Below, in pieces: positions 10,128-18,938 of a stretch of 64,000 nucleotides of DNA. Source of the DNA: Candidatus Latescibacterota bacterium (GTDB lineage Bacteria; Latescibacterota; UBA2968). The number at the start of each line of letters is the position of its first letter. Positions within the stretch are counted from its first letter, which is position 1. A model generated the notes under the pieces. The model was not told where the DNA came from. It searched no databases and was given only the letters and a program-made list of their open reading frames with translations. The position numbers and the translations under genes were made by a program. Location: contig OZ242195.1 in NCBI GenBank assembly GCA_965205975.1, forward strand, positions 224,001 to 288,000, written 5' to 3'.

Positions 10128-11312
10128 TCAATTCAATGGGTTTTCGTTTTTTCCATGCAGGCGATAGAGGCCCACACCGCAGGCGAGTGCGCCGAGGCAA
10201 AATAAGACGGAGATGCCAAAGGGCCAGACGGGACCCCAGTCGATGAGTTTTCCGCCGCCGAGGCTGCCGGAGAGCATGCCCAGGCTCCAGGCGAGGTGGG
10301 CTGCGCCCACGATGCGGCCTTTTTCGTTTTCGCGGGCGATCAATTGTATGAGGCCCGGCATGGTGGTTGAGAGAGACCATGCCGAGGCGGTTGCGAGAAT
10401 GCCAAAGACGTAGATGCCAGTAAGGGTATGCGCGGTCAGGGCGAGGCCGAGCGCGCTGATGGCGACGAGCGATGCGGATACGAGGATGGGACGCCAGCGC
10501 CCAATGCGGTCGCAAAGCCGGCCGGTGAGTACCTGAAAACAAGCTGCGATGATCAGGCTGATGGCAGTATAATTCGTGGCTTCGGTGCTGGTGCCCGCGA
10601 TGCGAAAGATGAGCAGGGGCAAAAGCAGGGTGACGGCGCCCCAATAGCTGGTGGGCAGGTAGCGAATGCCCAGCAGGAGGCACACGTCGAGACGGCGGAA
10701 TAGTTGAATGAGTGCGGACAGGTTGCGACCATTGTCGGCAGATTTTGGCGAGGGAATCGCAGGGAGGATCAGGATGCTCATCAGGACGAGCAATACCCCT
10801 GCGAGTGTGATGCAAAAACCGAGGGTTTGAAATCCGAATGCATCGGCGATAGGGCCAGAGAGAAAGTTTCCCGAAGCAGAGCCGAGGGTGTTGCCGAGGA
10901 AATAACCTGCTGATGCGATGCCGATGACAGAGGATGGGGCTGCGCTGATCAAATAGCTTTGTCCTCCAGCGCTGTTAAATCCAGATGAGATGCCGATGCC
11001 GGTACACAGGGCGGTCAGGAGGAGAGGGTCACCGCTGTAAAAAATAACTCCGGCGAGAATAGGTCCCAGGGTGCCGAGGACGTAAACGGGTTTGACGCCC
11101 CAGGTATCGGCAAGGCGGCCTGCAGGCACGGCAAAGACACCGCCTAAAATGAGAAATGCTGCGCGTAATCCTCCGGAAAAGAGGGGCGTGCCGAGCAGGT
11201 CTGCTTCGACATATACGGGGAGGAGTGTGTTGAGGGGAGCAGAGACAAAGCTGCTAAAAAAAGAGACAACGAGCAGGGCGATGAAACGGCGATTGAGGAG
11301 TTCGGAGTACAT
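10128..11312 (-). CDS. MFS transporter
   Basis: About 12 hydrophobic segments; motif A variants GRLADTWGVK and GRLCDRIGRW. Confidence 0.88.
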   Translation of the reverse strand: MYSELLNRRFIALLVVSFFSSFVSAPLNTLLPVYVEADLLGTPLFSGGLRAAFLILGGVFAVPAGRLADTWGVKPVYVLGTLGPILAGVIFYSGDPLLLTALCTGIGISSGFNSAGGQSYLISAAPSSVIGIASAGYFLGNTLGSASGNFLSGPIADAFGFQTLGFCITLAGVLLVLMSILILPAIPSPKSADNGRNLSALIQLFRRLDVCLLLGIRYLPTSYWGAVTLLLPLLIFRIAGTSTEATNYTAISLIIAACFQVLTGRLCDRIGRWRPILVSASLVAISALGLALTAHTLTGIYVFGILATASAWSLSTTMPGLIQLIARENEKGRIVGAAHLAWSLGMLSGSLGGGKLIDWGPVWPFGISVLFCLGALACGVGLYRLHGKNENPLN

Positions 11313-11337
11313 TTTTTAATTTTTTTTGTTTTCGCCC

Positions 11338-11368
11338 TTGACTCTCCAGTTACTGGAAGGTGTATATT
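11338..11368 (+). promoter_or_regulatory. MerR-type promoter/operator (19-bp spacer)
   Basis: TTGACT (11338-43), a 19-nt spacer containing the dyad TCCAGT-T-ACTGGA (11345-57), then TATATT (11363-68), directly upstream of a MerR-family gene. Confidence 0.85.
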
Positions 11369-11411
11369 GTCCTTTGAAGGCCTTCAAACACCCGTTACAT
11401 GGAGAAAACCC

Positions 11412-12224
11412 ATGCTCAAAATTGGAGAATTTTCCAGGCTTGTCAACGTGCCGGTCAAGACGTTGCGCTACTACGACGAGATCGGTTTGTTCAAATCCGA
11501 TTACATCGATGAGCAAACCGGCTACCGCTTTTACTCATTCGAGCAACTCCCACGGCTCAATCGCCTGCTGGCGCTCAAAGATCTGGGTATGTCGCTGAGC
11601 CAGATTGATCAAATGCTGCGAGAAGACCTTTCGGCTGATCAACTTCGCGGTATGCTCTTGCTGAAACAGGTCGAACTCGAAGATCTTGCCAGGGATATCC
11701 GGGAACGCATTGCCCGCGTGGGTGCTCGATTAAGTCTTATCGAAATGGAGGATAAAATGCCAGATTATGAAGTTGTCATCAAAACAGTTGATCCGGTTCT
11801 GGTCGCTTCCAAACAAGAGGCCATTCCCAACGTTGAAACCATCGGTCCTGTGATGGACCGCCTGTACAATGGGGTTGTCGCCCATATTGTGAAACAGAAG
11901 GGACAGTTTGCAGGACCGGGCCTGACCTTGTGGCACGAATGGGGCGAAAATTTGCAAGCCGAGGCGACTTTGCCGATTAAAAAATCTATCCCAGAAGGCG
12001 ATGGCGTCAAGGTCCAAGAGTTGCCAAGTGATCAAATGGCGTGCCTGGTGCATCACGGAGATTTTGAGGGGTTTCCGCGAGCCTATCAATCGATCATTCA
12101 ATGGATTGAGGCCAATGGCTATGAGATCACCGGGCCGAATCGGCAAGTGCATTTGCAATTTAGTCCCGATGGCAATCCGAAGGATTATGTGACGGAAATA
12201 CAGTTCCCCGTGGCAAAAGTATAA
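11412..12224 (+). CDS. MerR family transcriptional regulator with GyrI-like effector domain (BmrR/BltR-like)
   Basis: MLKIGEFS..VPVKTLRYYDEIGL..TGYRFYS HTH and C-terminal HHG.F...Y..I..WIEANGY..VTEIQFPV. GGAG RBS before ATG 11412. Confidence 0.92.
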   Translation: MLKIGEFSRLVNVPVKTLRYYDEIGLFKSDYIDEQTGYRFYSFEQLPRLNRLLALKDLGMSLSQIDQMLREDLSADQLRGMLLLKQVELEDLARDIRERIARVGARLSLIEMEDKMPDYEVVIKTVDPVLVASKQEAIPNVETIGPVMDRLYNGVVAHIVKQKGQFAGPGLTLWHEWGENLQAEATLPIKKSIPEGDGVKVQELPSDQMACLVHHGDFEGFPRAYQSIIQWIEANGYEITGPNRQVHLQFSPDGNPKDYVTEIQFPVAKV

Positions 12225-12244
12225 GTTTGAGCGTCCGACAAGAG

Positions 12245-12280
12245 AAATACCGGGATGGTTTTGTGTCCCGGTATTTTTTT
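12245..12280. terminator. Intrinsic terminator
   Basis: Stem aaataccggga/tcccggtattt followed by a T-run, between convergent genes. Confidence 0.7.
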
Positions 12281-13007
12281 AGTACAGGAAGTCTGGTTTG
12301 AATTTTTCGATGCAGTCGTGGCGCGTGCCTTCAAAGAGGTAGATTTTGCCGCGTATCGTCGCGGTTTCTTCGGGTGCGAGAGCACCTGCGCGAATCGATT
12401 GGTGCATGCAGCGCCAGGGGTTGTGACCTTGAACAGAGAGAAAGTCTGCCCAGGCTATGCCCGCCACCCAGGTGCGGTCTGTGGATTCGCGTATCAGAAT
12501 GCCGCCTGTGGCATTGATGGGCGATGTGGGCCATTTATCGGACCAGATGGTTTCGGTCTCTATTGCGCTGCGAAATGTGTGGTTGTAGTGAATGTCACGG
12601 CGGATGAGGGGGATCAGGCCTTCTTCGGCGAGGAAATAGGTGCGCTCGTGGTCGTCGTCAAAAAATGCTGGAGTTTCGGAGACTTCGGGCTGTTTGCCGG
12701 GGTTAAAGCAGGGGATAATCGCGGCAATTTCGGGCCAGGTACGATCGGTTTTGTTGGTGATAGAGAGCAGCAGATCAGCTCCATTTTCACACCCCGCGAC
12801 ATTGAGCCGCAGACCGAGGTCGGGGTGTTCGAGGACACCTGCATTGTCGTCCAGTGTTTTTTGCGGTACATGATCCCCGCCCGTGTGCTGACCCGGGTGT
12901 ACGGCTTCAAACATGTTCCACTCGTAGAACCAGAGGTACATGGTTAAATCATTTCGCCCTTCGGGCGCGAATGAAAATCCGCGTCGCCATTTATCCAATG
13001 TGATCAT
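12279..13007 (-). CDS. Hypothetical protein
   Basis: 242-aa ORF filling the gap between the MerR and Nudix genes, with protein-like composition; no family recognised. Confidence 0.6.
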   Translation of the reverse strand: MITLDKWRRGFSFAPEGRNDLTMYLWFYEWNMFEAVHPGQHTGGDHVPQKTLDDNAGVLEHPDLGLRLNVAGCENGADLLLSITNKTDRTWPEIAAIIPCFNPGKQPEVSETPAFFDDDHERTYFLAEEGLIPLIRRDIHYNHTFRSAIETETIWSDKWPTSPINATGGILIRESTDRTWVAGIAWADFLSVQGHNPWRCMHQSIRAGALAPEETATIRGKIYLFEGTRHDCIEKFKPDFLY

Positions 13008-13086
13008 TTTTTAGCTCTCAGCGGGTCAGTCCCCGCTCAATTCCTCCGCCCTGTGGGTTTTTATCGCTCTCCAGTGCAGACTCTGC

Positions 13087-13890
13087 TTATCCTTCAATCC
13101 TGATTATCCTAATTGATCCTGATTTAGATATTTTTGCCATACCATTGGGCATGAAGATTTCGTGGCGCTCGGGGTCGGAGTAGCCTTCGATTTCCATGTG
13201 GGTGACGCCGGGGCTTTCGATAGCGGCTTTGACTATGTGTTTGTTAAATGTGCTGACAATTTCGCTGGAGAGGTACTCTGTGACGGGCAGCCAGAGGCAT
13301 TCTTCGATTTCTTCGGCCTGTATGGAAATATTTTCGCTCAAGGGTGAGAGGCGGCAGACAAAGTAGATGTCCGATTTGTTGTAGCGATAGCCGTGCCAGT
13401 GCCGGAAGCAGACCAATTTTTCAAATTTTGTACGCACACCGGTTTCTTCGAAGACTTCGCGCTGGACGCAGGCGGCAATGTGTTCGCCCGGGTGTAGAGC
13501 ACCTCCAGGGAGTTTGTAATAGGGCGATTCAGAGCGACGGTGCAATTCGCTGACAACCAATAGTTCTTCGCGGTCGTTGATGACGACTCCGCCCGCGCCT
13601 ATGTAATGCGTGGCGTATTCGGGGATGAGGGCATTGGGTTCGAGGCGTTTGGTGAGCAAGAGGTAGTCGGTTCCCGAGTGGTGGAATGAAAATCCCGCTT
13701 GTGTTGCTACCGGAATGAGTGTTGCCCGTTCAATGGGGATGTTGATCCAGACGACCTTAAATGCCTCGCGTTTCCACTCCTGGAGAGATGCTGAAAGGCG
13801 CGTGTGAAATTCTTCGGGATCGTGCGGTAGTGCTGCTGGATCGAGTTCAATGCCCTGAAAGCGGTTTGGTGTGGCTTCGAGTATTTGCAT
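13087..13890 (-). CDS. Nudix hydrolase (NUDT6 / plant NUDT2-like, with N-terminal extension)
   Basis: Nudix box GG.LHPGEHIAACVQREVFEETG; N-terminal SLQEWK..VVWINIP..GFSFHH; KSDIYFVC. Confidence 0.9.
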   Translation of the reverse strand: MQILEATPNRFQGIELDPAALPHDPEEFHTRLSASLQEWKREAFKVVWINIPIERATLIPVATQAGFSFHHSGTDYLLLTKRLEPNALIPEYATHYIGAGGVVINDREELLVVSELHRRSESPYYKLPGGALHPGEHIAACVQREVFEETGVRTKFEKLVCFRHWHGYRYNKSDIYFVCRLSPLSENISIQAEEIEECLWLPVTEYLSSEIVSTFNKHIVKAAIESPGVTHMEIEGYSDPERHEIFMPNGMAKISKSGSIRIIRIEG

Positions 13891-13979
13891 ATATTACCTC
13901 GTTCATAGTATGGTTATGACCGGCACATGGTAAGGAACATCACAAAATTGAGCAAGGGGTTTGCGGTGGGTAGTTCTAC

Positions 13980-14008
13980 TTGACAGCGGTTATGAGGACA
14001 ATCATATT
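13980..14008 (+). promoter_or_regulatory. Possible sigma-70 promoter
   Basis: TTGACA-17 nt-CATATT upstream of the 14072 gene. Confidence 0.4.
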
Positions 14009-14071
14009 TGATAAAGTGAAGTGGTTGAAACAGTTGATGGGGTGGAGGCGTTAAATTGAGGGAGGGGTAAT

Positions 14072-15268
14072 ATGGCGTCTATTTTTGAACAGTTGGGCGT
14101 GCGCACGATTATCAATGCTGCCGGGCCAGTTACGCGTTTGAGCGGGGCGCGCATGGATGAGGATGTGATCAGTGCCATGTGCGAGGCGGCGCAGGTGTGC
14201 GTGGATATTGCAGAGCTACAGGCAGGTGCCGGGCAGTTGATTGCCGAAGCGACAGGTGCCGAAGCCGGATATGTGACATCGGGCGCTGCGGCGGGGCTGG
14301 TGCTCGCAACGGCGGCGTGTGTTACGGGTATGGATCCGGGCAAGATGAACCGTTTGCCCGATACATCGGGGATGAAAAATGAGGTGATTATGCCCCGGTC
14401 GCATCGCAACTTTTACGATCACGCGGTGCGTTCGGTAGGTGTGACACTCATTGAGGTGGGTATTCCCGATCGGTTTAGCGGCGCGGGGGTGCGCGATACA
14501 GAGGCATGGGAAATTGCCGATGCGATGACCGATCAGACCGCGGCGATTGTTTATGTGGCACAGTCTTTCGCGCAACCGCCTTTGCCACAGGTGACGGCTG
14601 TGGCGCACAAATGTGGGGTGCCCGTCATTGTCGATGCTGCTGGGCAGTTGCCTCCTGCGGCAAATTTGAGGCGGTTTATCAGCGAAGGTGCTGATGCGGT
14701 TTGTTTTAGCGGCGGTAAAACCATTGGCGGGCCTCAAGGGGCGGGCATTTTGTGCGGTCGTCGCGATCTGATTTCCTCGGCGGCATTGCAGCATCTGGAT
14801 CTGGATGTGCATTATGACCTTTGGAACCCACCCCCTGAATTGATCGATAAATCCGCATTGCCAGGTGCGCCGCAGCACGGGATTGGGCGGCCGTGCAAGG
14901 TGGGGAAAGAGCAGATTGCGGGGCTGATGGTTGCACTACAAAAGTTCGTCGCAGAAAGCGACGAGGCGCGACAGGCTCGCTGGTCGCAGTACCTTCATAG
15001 TTTGGCAGATGCGATAGGCGATTTGCCGGGGTGTGATATTCGCCTGGAAGCCTATCGCACAATACCTATTTTGCGGCTCGCGCTTTCTCCAGCAGAAAGA
15101 GGCGTGGAGGTGGCGCGGCAGTTAATGGAAGGTGATCCGAGTATTCATGTGAGCACATCGGGCGTTTACGATGGCGTGTTGACTTTTAATCCCGTATGTT
15201 TGTCAGAAGACATGATCAAACCGATTGCCGATCGGTTAAAAGTGTTAATTACGAATTGCGATTCGTGA
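14072..15268 (+). CDS. SelA-like / DgaE-family PLP-dependent enzyme
   Basis: IINAAG..TRLSG, VTSGAAAGL, VIVDAAG, FSGGK (PLP lysine) GGPQ..GIL.G, GIGRPCKVGKE. Confidence 0.8.
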   Translation: MASIFEQLGVRTIINAAGPVTRLSGARMDEDVISAMCEAAQVCVDIAELQAGAGQLIAEATGAEAGYVTSGAAAGLVLATAACVTGMDPGKMNRLPDTSGMKNEVIMPRSHRNFYDHAVRSVGVTLIEVGIPDRFSGAGVRDTEAWEIADAMTDQTAAIVYVAQSFAQPPLPQVTAVAHKCGVPVIVDAAGQLPPAANLRRFISEGADAVCFSGGKTIGGPQGAGILCGRRDLISSAALQHLDLDVHYDLWNPPPELIDKSALPGAPQHGIGRPCKVGKEQIAGLMVALQKFVAESDEARQARWSQYLHSLADAIGDLPGCDIRLEAYRTIPILRLALSPAERGVEVARQLMEGDPSIHVSTSGVYDGVLTFNPVCLSEDMIKPIADRLKVLITNCDS

Positions 15269-15336
15269 GGTTCCCAACCATTGTACGCAGGCTTTGCCTG
15301 AGCACTAATTCCCCTATTTTACAGAGGAGGCGTGCC

Positions 15337-16023
15337 ATGGGTGTTATCACTATTTCAAGGGAATACGGCAGTGATGGCCGTACTGTTGCCCGGAAGGTTG
15401 CCGAGGCACTGTCCTATCACAATATAGATAAAGAATTGCTCGTGGAGGTGGCGCAAAAAGCCAAAGTGCCCGTGTCAGAAGTTGAACGCTATGACGAACT
15501 ACCCGAACATCCCGCACTGAGAATTTTGAGAAAATTTCTCACGCCTGGATATGCAGATACCTTGACGGGGTTGTCGGAATACGAGTGGTGGGCTGCGGCG
15601 ACCGTGCCCGAGTTGTCCGACCACAGAGATCAGGCACTGATAACCATGGATGAAGAGGTGTACGCGAAGTTGACCGCAGAGGTAGAGATGCAGATGGCCG
15701 ATCAGGGCGATGTGGTTATATTGGGGAGGGGTGGGCAGGCTGTCTTGAAGGGACGCGAAGATACGTTGCATGTGCGCGTGGTGGCGACGCAAGACTTTAA
15801 GCTGGATGTGGTGAAAGAGCGCGATCAGTTGACTAACGACGAGGATGCAATAAGGCGAATGAGAGAAGTGGATGATCGTCGCAGGACGTACATCAAACGC
15901 CATTACAGGGTGGACTGGGATAATCCACATCTATACTCTGCAATAGTGAATACCGGCTTTCTGGGCGTTGATGGAGCCGTAGATGCGATTGTTTGCGCTG
16001 CACAGAAGGTGATCCGCAGATGA
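15337..16023 (+). CDS. Cytidylate kinase-like family protein
   Basis: VITISREYGSDG, VILGRGG, LHVRVVA, D..RR.Y...Y..DWDNPHLY. GAGGAGG RBS before ATG 15337. Confidence 0.85.
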   Translation: MGVITISREYGSDGRTVARKVAEALSYHNIDKELLVEVAQKAKVPVSEVERYDELPEHPALRILRKFLTPGYADTLTGLSEYEWWAAATVPELSDHRDQALITMDEEVYAKLTAEVEMQMADQGDVVILGRGGQAVLKGREDTLHVRVVATQDFKLDVVKERDQLTNDEDAIRRMREVDDRRRTYIKRHYRVDWDNPHLYSAIVNTGFLGVDGAVDAIVCAAQKVIRR

Positions 16024-16076
16024 ACGCAGATGAACGCAGATGAACACAGATTGTAGGGGCGAGGCATGCCTCGCCC
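16011..16076 (+). repeat. Decamer array copy 3 plus GTAG REP
   Basis: gatccgcaga-tgaacgcaga-tgaacgcaga-tgaacacaga supplies the stop of the upstream gene; GTAGGGGCGAGGCATGCCTCGCCC at 16053-16076. Confidence 0.88.
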
Positions 16077-16083
16077 TTCTTTT

Positions 16084-17496
16084 TTAAAGTCCCATTTCGA
16101 TATACGCCCGTGCGATTTTTTCTATGGCTATGACAAAAGCAGCGGTGCGTAAATCCGGCACGTTGTCGCGCGATTTGTGGATTTCACTCATGGTTTGATA
16201 GGCGATGCTCATGGTGTCTTCGAGGCCAGAGCGCACGAGGTCCAGTTCATCCGAGCCGTAAGAGAGTCTTGCCTTGAGATGGTCTGGAACGGGTTTGCCA
16301 ACCATTTCTTCCAGGGCGGTGATGATTTGCGCGCCGCGATGTGCTTCGTGGCGTCTGTCGAGGCGTCCGAACCGGATGTGCGAGAGGTTCTTGATCCATT
16401 CAAAATAAGAAACTGTGACGCCGCCCGCATTGAGGTAGGCGTCGGGTATGATGGTTTTTCCCGCTTTGCGCAATACGTTGTCTGCCATGTAAGTGATGGG
16501 ACCGTTGGCAGCTTCTGCAATTACTGGCGCTTTGATGCGTCTGGCATTTTCAAGTGTGATCTGGCCTTCAATGGCGGCTGGTATGAGCACGTCGCATTCT
16601 GCTTCGAGCAGGCTTTTGCCATTTGCGACATACGTGGCTCTCGGAAAGTGTTTTAATGAACCGCGTTCCGCGCGGTAAGCAGCGGCTTCTTCAACTGAAA
16701 ATCCCTTCTCTGACAGGATTGCTCCTTCGCGTTCAATAATGCCGATGATGCGCGCGCCACCTTCTTCTTCGAGATATTTGGTCGCGTGAAAGCCCACATT
16801 GCCCAATCCCTGCACGATAATGCGTTTGTCTTCCAAATTGCCTTCCAGTCCCGCGTTTTTGACGTCTTCCGGGTTATTAAAAAATTCTTTGATGCCGTAA
16901 AATACACCCCGTCCAGTTGCTTCGACGCGCCCCTGAATGCCACCCTGGGAAAAGGGTTTGCCCGTTGTGCAGGCAATGGCGTTGATGTCTTCGGGGTGCA
17001 GGCTGCGATACGTGTCTGCGATCCAGGCCATTTCTCGTTCTCCAGTTCCCATGTCGGGTGCTGGGACGTTGAGGGCTGGATTGATATATCCCTTTTTGAT
17101 CAATTCCTGTGCAAAACGTCGGGTAATGAGCTCGAGTTCATGTTCGTTGTATTCTCGGGGATCAATGCACAGGCCACCTTTGGCACCGCCAAAGGGCACA
17201 TCGACGATCGCGCATTTGTACGTCATGAGTGCGGCGAGCGCTTCTACGTCATCCTGGCTGACTGTGGGTGCGTAACGGATGCCTCCTTTGACGGGCAAGC
17301 GATGCTCGCTGTGAACAGAGCGCCATCCCGTGAAGATGCGATAGGTGTCGCGGAGTTTGACAAAGAAGCGCACCATGTAAATGTTGTTGTTGATTTTGAT
17401 CTGGTCGGCCAGTCCTGGGGGCAAATCGAGCGTTGCGATTGCGCGGTCAAACATGAGGTCAACGCTTTCTTTGAAGCTGAGTTCATGTGAGGCCAT
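16084..17496 (-). CDS. gdhA: Glutamate dehydrogenase (Glu/Leu/Phe/Val DH family)
   Basis: KGGIRY, MTYKCA, VPFGGAKGG, VPAPDMGT, QGLGNVG, EAANGP and NAGGVTVSYFEW motifs. Confidence 0.93.
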   Translation of the reverse strand: MASHELSFKESVDLMFDRAIATLDLPPGLADQIKINNNIYMVRFFVKLRDTYRIFTGWRSVHSEHRLPVKGGIRYAPTVSQDDVEALAALMTYKCAIVDVPFGGAKGGLCIDPREYNEHELELITRRFAQELIKKGYINPALNVPAPDMGTGEREMAWIADTYRSLHPEDINAIACTTGKPFSQGGIQGRVEATGRGVFYGIKEFFNNPEDVKNAGLEGNLEDKRIIVQGLGNVGFHATKYLEEEGGARIIGIIEREGAILSEKGFSVEEAAAYRAERGSLKHFPRATYVANGKSLLEAECDVLIPAAIEGQITLENARRIKAPVIAEAANGPITYMADNVLRKAGKTIIPDAYLNAGGVTVSYFEWIKNLSHIRFGRLDRRHEAHRGAQIITALEEMVGKPVPDHLKARLSYGSDELDLVRSGLEDTMSIAYQTMSEIHKSRDNVPDLRTAAFVIAIEKIARAYIEMGL

Positions 17497-17531
17497 AAGT
17501 GTTTCTCCGAAAATGGTGAGATGAAGTGTTC

Positions 17532-18431
17532 TTATCCCGTTTTTAACAGATGATGCAGAGCAGGCTCAAGGTGGGGATGGGCAAAGGAGAAGTTGGTGTT
17601 TTCGAGGCGCGAAGATATAACGCGGGTGCTTGCGAGCAGGAGGGCATCAGCCATTTCGCCCAGTGCGAGTTTGGCGGCAAATGCGGGTAGTGGAAAAATT
17701 GTCGGGCGAGATAAGACGCGACCGAGGGTTTTGGTAAATTCGCGATTGGTGACAGGTGTTGGAGATACGGCGTTGATTGCGCCGCTGACGGATTCGTTGT
17801 CTATTGCCAAGAGGAATAGAGAGACCAGGTCGTCAAGGGTGATCCAACTCATGTACTGATTGCCCGATCCGATGATGCCGCCCAATCCCAATTTGAAGGG
17901 CAAGAGCATTTTGCCGAGTGCTCCGCCTGTAGGGGATAGGACAATGCCGATGCGCGGATGAACGGTTCGTATGCCAGCTTCTGTGGCGGGTTTGGCGGCG
18001 TTTTCCCAGGCAATGGATACGTCGGGGAGAAAGCCGTCTCCAGGCTCGCTGTCTTCGGTGAGGATTTCGTCGTCGCGATGGCCGTAATAACCGATGGCAG
18101 AAGCGGAGATGAAGACTTTTGGCGGCGGAGATATAGATGTGAGTGTTTGGGCGAGCAATGCGGTGCCCTGTACGCGGCTGTCGCGGATGCGTGTCTTTTG
18201 AGCTGCTGTCCAGCGTCGAGAGGCGATATTTTCCCCGGCGAGGTGTATGACCCCATCTATGTTGGTGAGGCACGAGGGATCAAGGGTATTAGAAGATGGA
18301 TCCCAGGAGATTTCACTGTCGTTGCGGGCATTGCGCCGGGTGAGAGACAAGACGCGATCACCGCGCTTTCTCAGTGCGGTTTTGAGTGCCGAGCCGATGA
18401 GGCCAGAAGCACCGGATATCAGGATTTTCAT
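17532..18431 (-). CDS. TIGR01777-family NAD-dependent epimerase/oxidoreductase
   Basis: MKILISGASGLIG, HLAGENIA..RWT, SASAIGYYG, GSGNQYMSWI. Confidence 0.92.
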   Translation of the reverse strand: MKILISGASGLIGSALKTALRKRGDRVLSLTRRNARNDSEISWDPSSNTLDPSCLTNIDGVIHLAGENIASRRWTAAQKTRIRDSRVQGTALLAQTLTSISPPPKVFISASAIGYYGHRDDEILTEDSEPGDGFLPDVSIAWENAAKPATEAGIRTVHPRIGIVLSPTGGALGKMLLPFKLGLGGIIGSGNQYMSWITLDDLVSLFLLAIDNESVSGAINAVSPTPVTNREFTKTLGRVLSRPTIFPLPAFAAKLALGEMADALLLASTRVISSRLENTNFSFAHPHLEPALHHLLKTG

Positions 18432-18445
18432 AATTTTTAACTTTC

Positions 18446-18516
18446 GGGACGGCACAGGGGCCGTCCCCTACGGTGATATTGTGGTTTGTTGTAGGGACAA
18501 CCCCCTGTGGTTGTCC
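18446..18516. repeat. Inverted pair of GTAG-type REPs
   Basis: Minus-strand GTAGGGGACGGCCCCTGTGCCGTCCC (18446-18471) and plus-strand GTAGGGACAACCCCCTGTGGTTGTCC (18491-18516). Confidence 0.8.
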
Positions 18517-18521
18517 GCTGA

Positions 18522-18935
18522 CTACTGTTGATAGAGCATCAGATAGATGATGACGCCGGTAATTGAGACAAATATCCAACTGGGCCAAACCCACCGGGCC
18601 AGGCGGCGGTGGCGATCAAATTCGCCTTTGTAGGCTCGCCAGACAAGCGCGATGATAAAGGGCACGTTGACAGCGGCAAGGATGATGTGCGGAATGAGTA
18701 TGGCAAAGTAGATCGGGCGCGTCCAATCGCGGTGTGGATAGGGCACAGAACCGACCTGGCTGTGATAAATGAGGTATGAAGTCAGAAAGAGAGCCGACAA
18801 GATCAACGCTGTGACCATGCATTTCTGATGCGTTTTGATGTCGCCGCGTTTGATATAGATGAATCCCAACAGAAGAAATATGGTGCAAAGTCCGTTGAGA
18901 AAGGCGTTTGTCGCGGGTAAGTCTGTGATGGACAT
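18522..18935 (-). CDS. DUF420 membrane protein
   Basis: LPATNAFLN, HQKCM, FLTSYLIYH, HIILA, HRRLARW..P.W.FVSITGV. Confidence 0.88.
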   Translation of the reverse strand: MSITDLPATNAFLNGLCTIFLLLGFIYIKRGDIKTHQKCMVTALILSALFLTSYLIYHSQVGSVPYPHRDWTRPIYFAILIPHIILAAVNVPFIIALVWRAYKGEFDRHRRLARWVWPSWIFVSITGVIIYLMLYQQ

Positions 18936-18938
18936 AGT

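Noticed and set aside
14072..15268. Bona fide selA (selenocysteine synthase)
   Set aside because: It is shorter than SelA, has the GIGRxxKVGKE motif of the SelA-like/DgaE group, and no selB/selC/selD is nearby.
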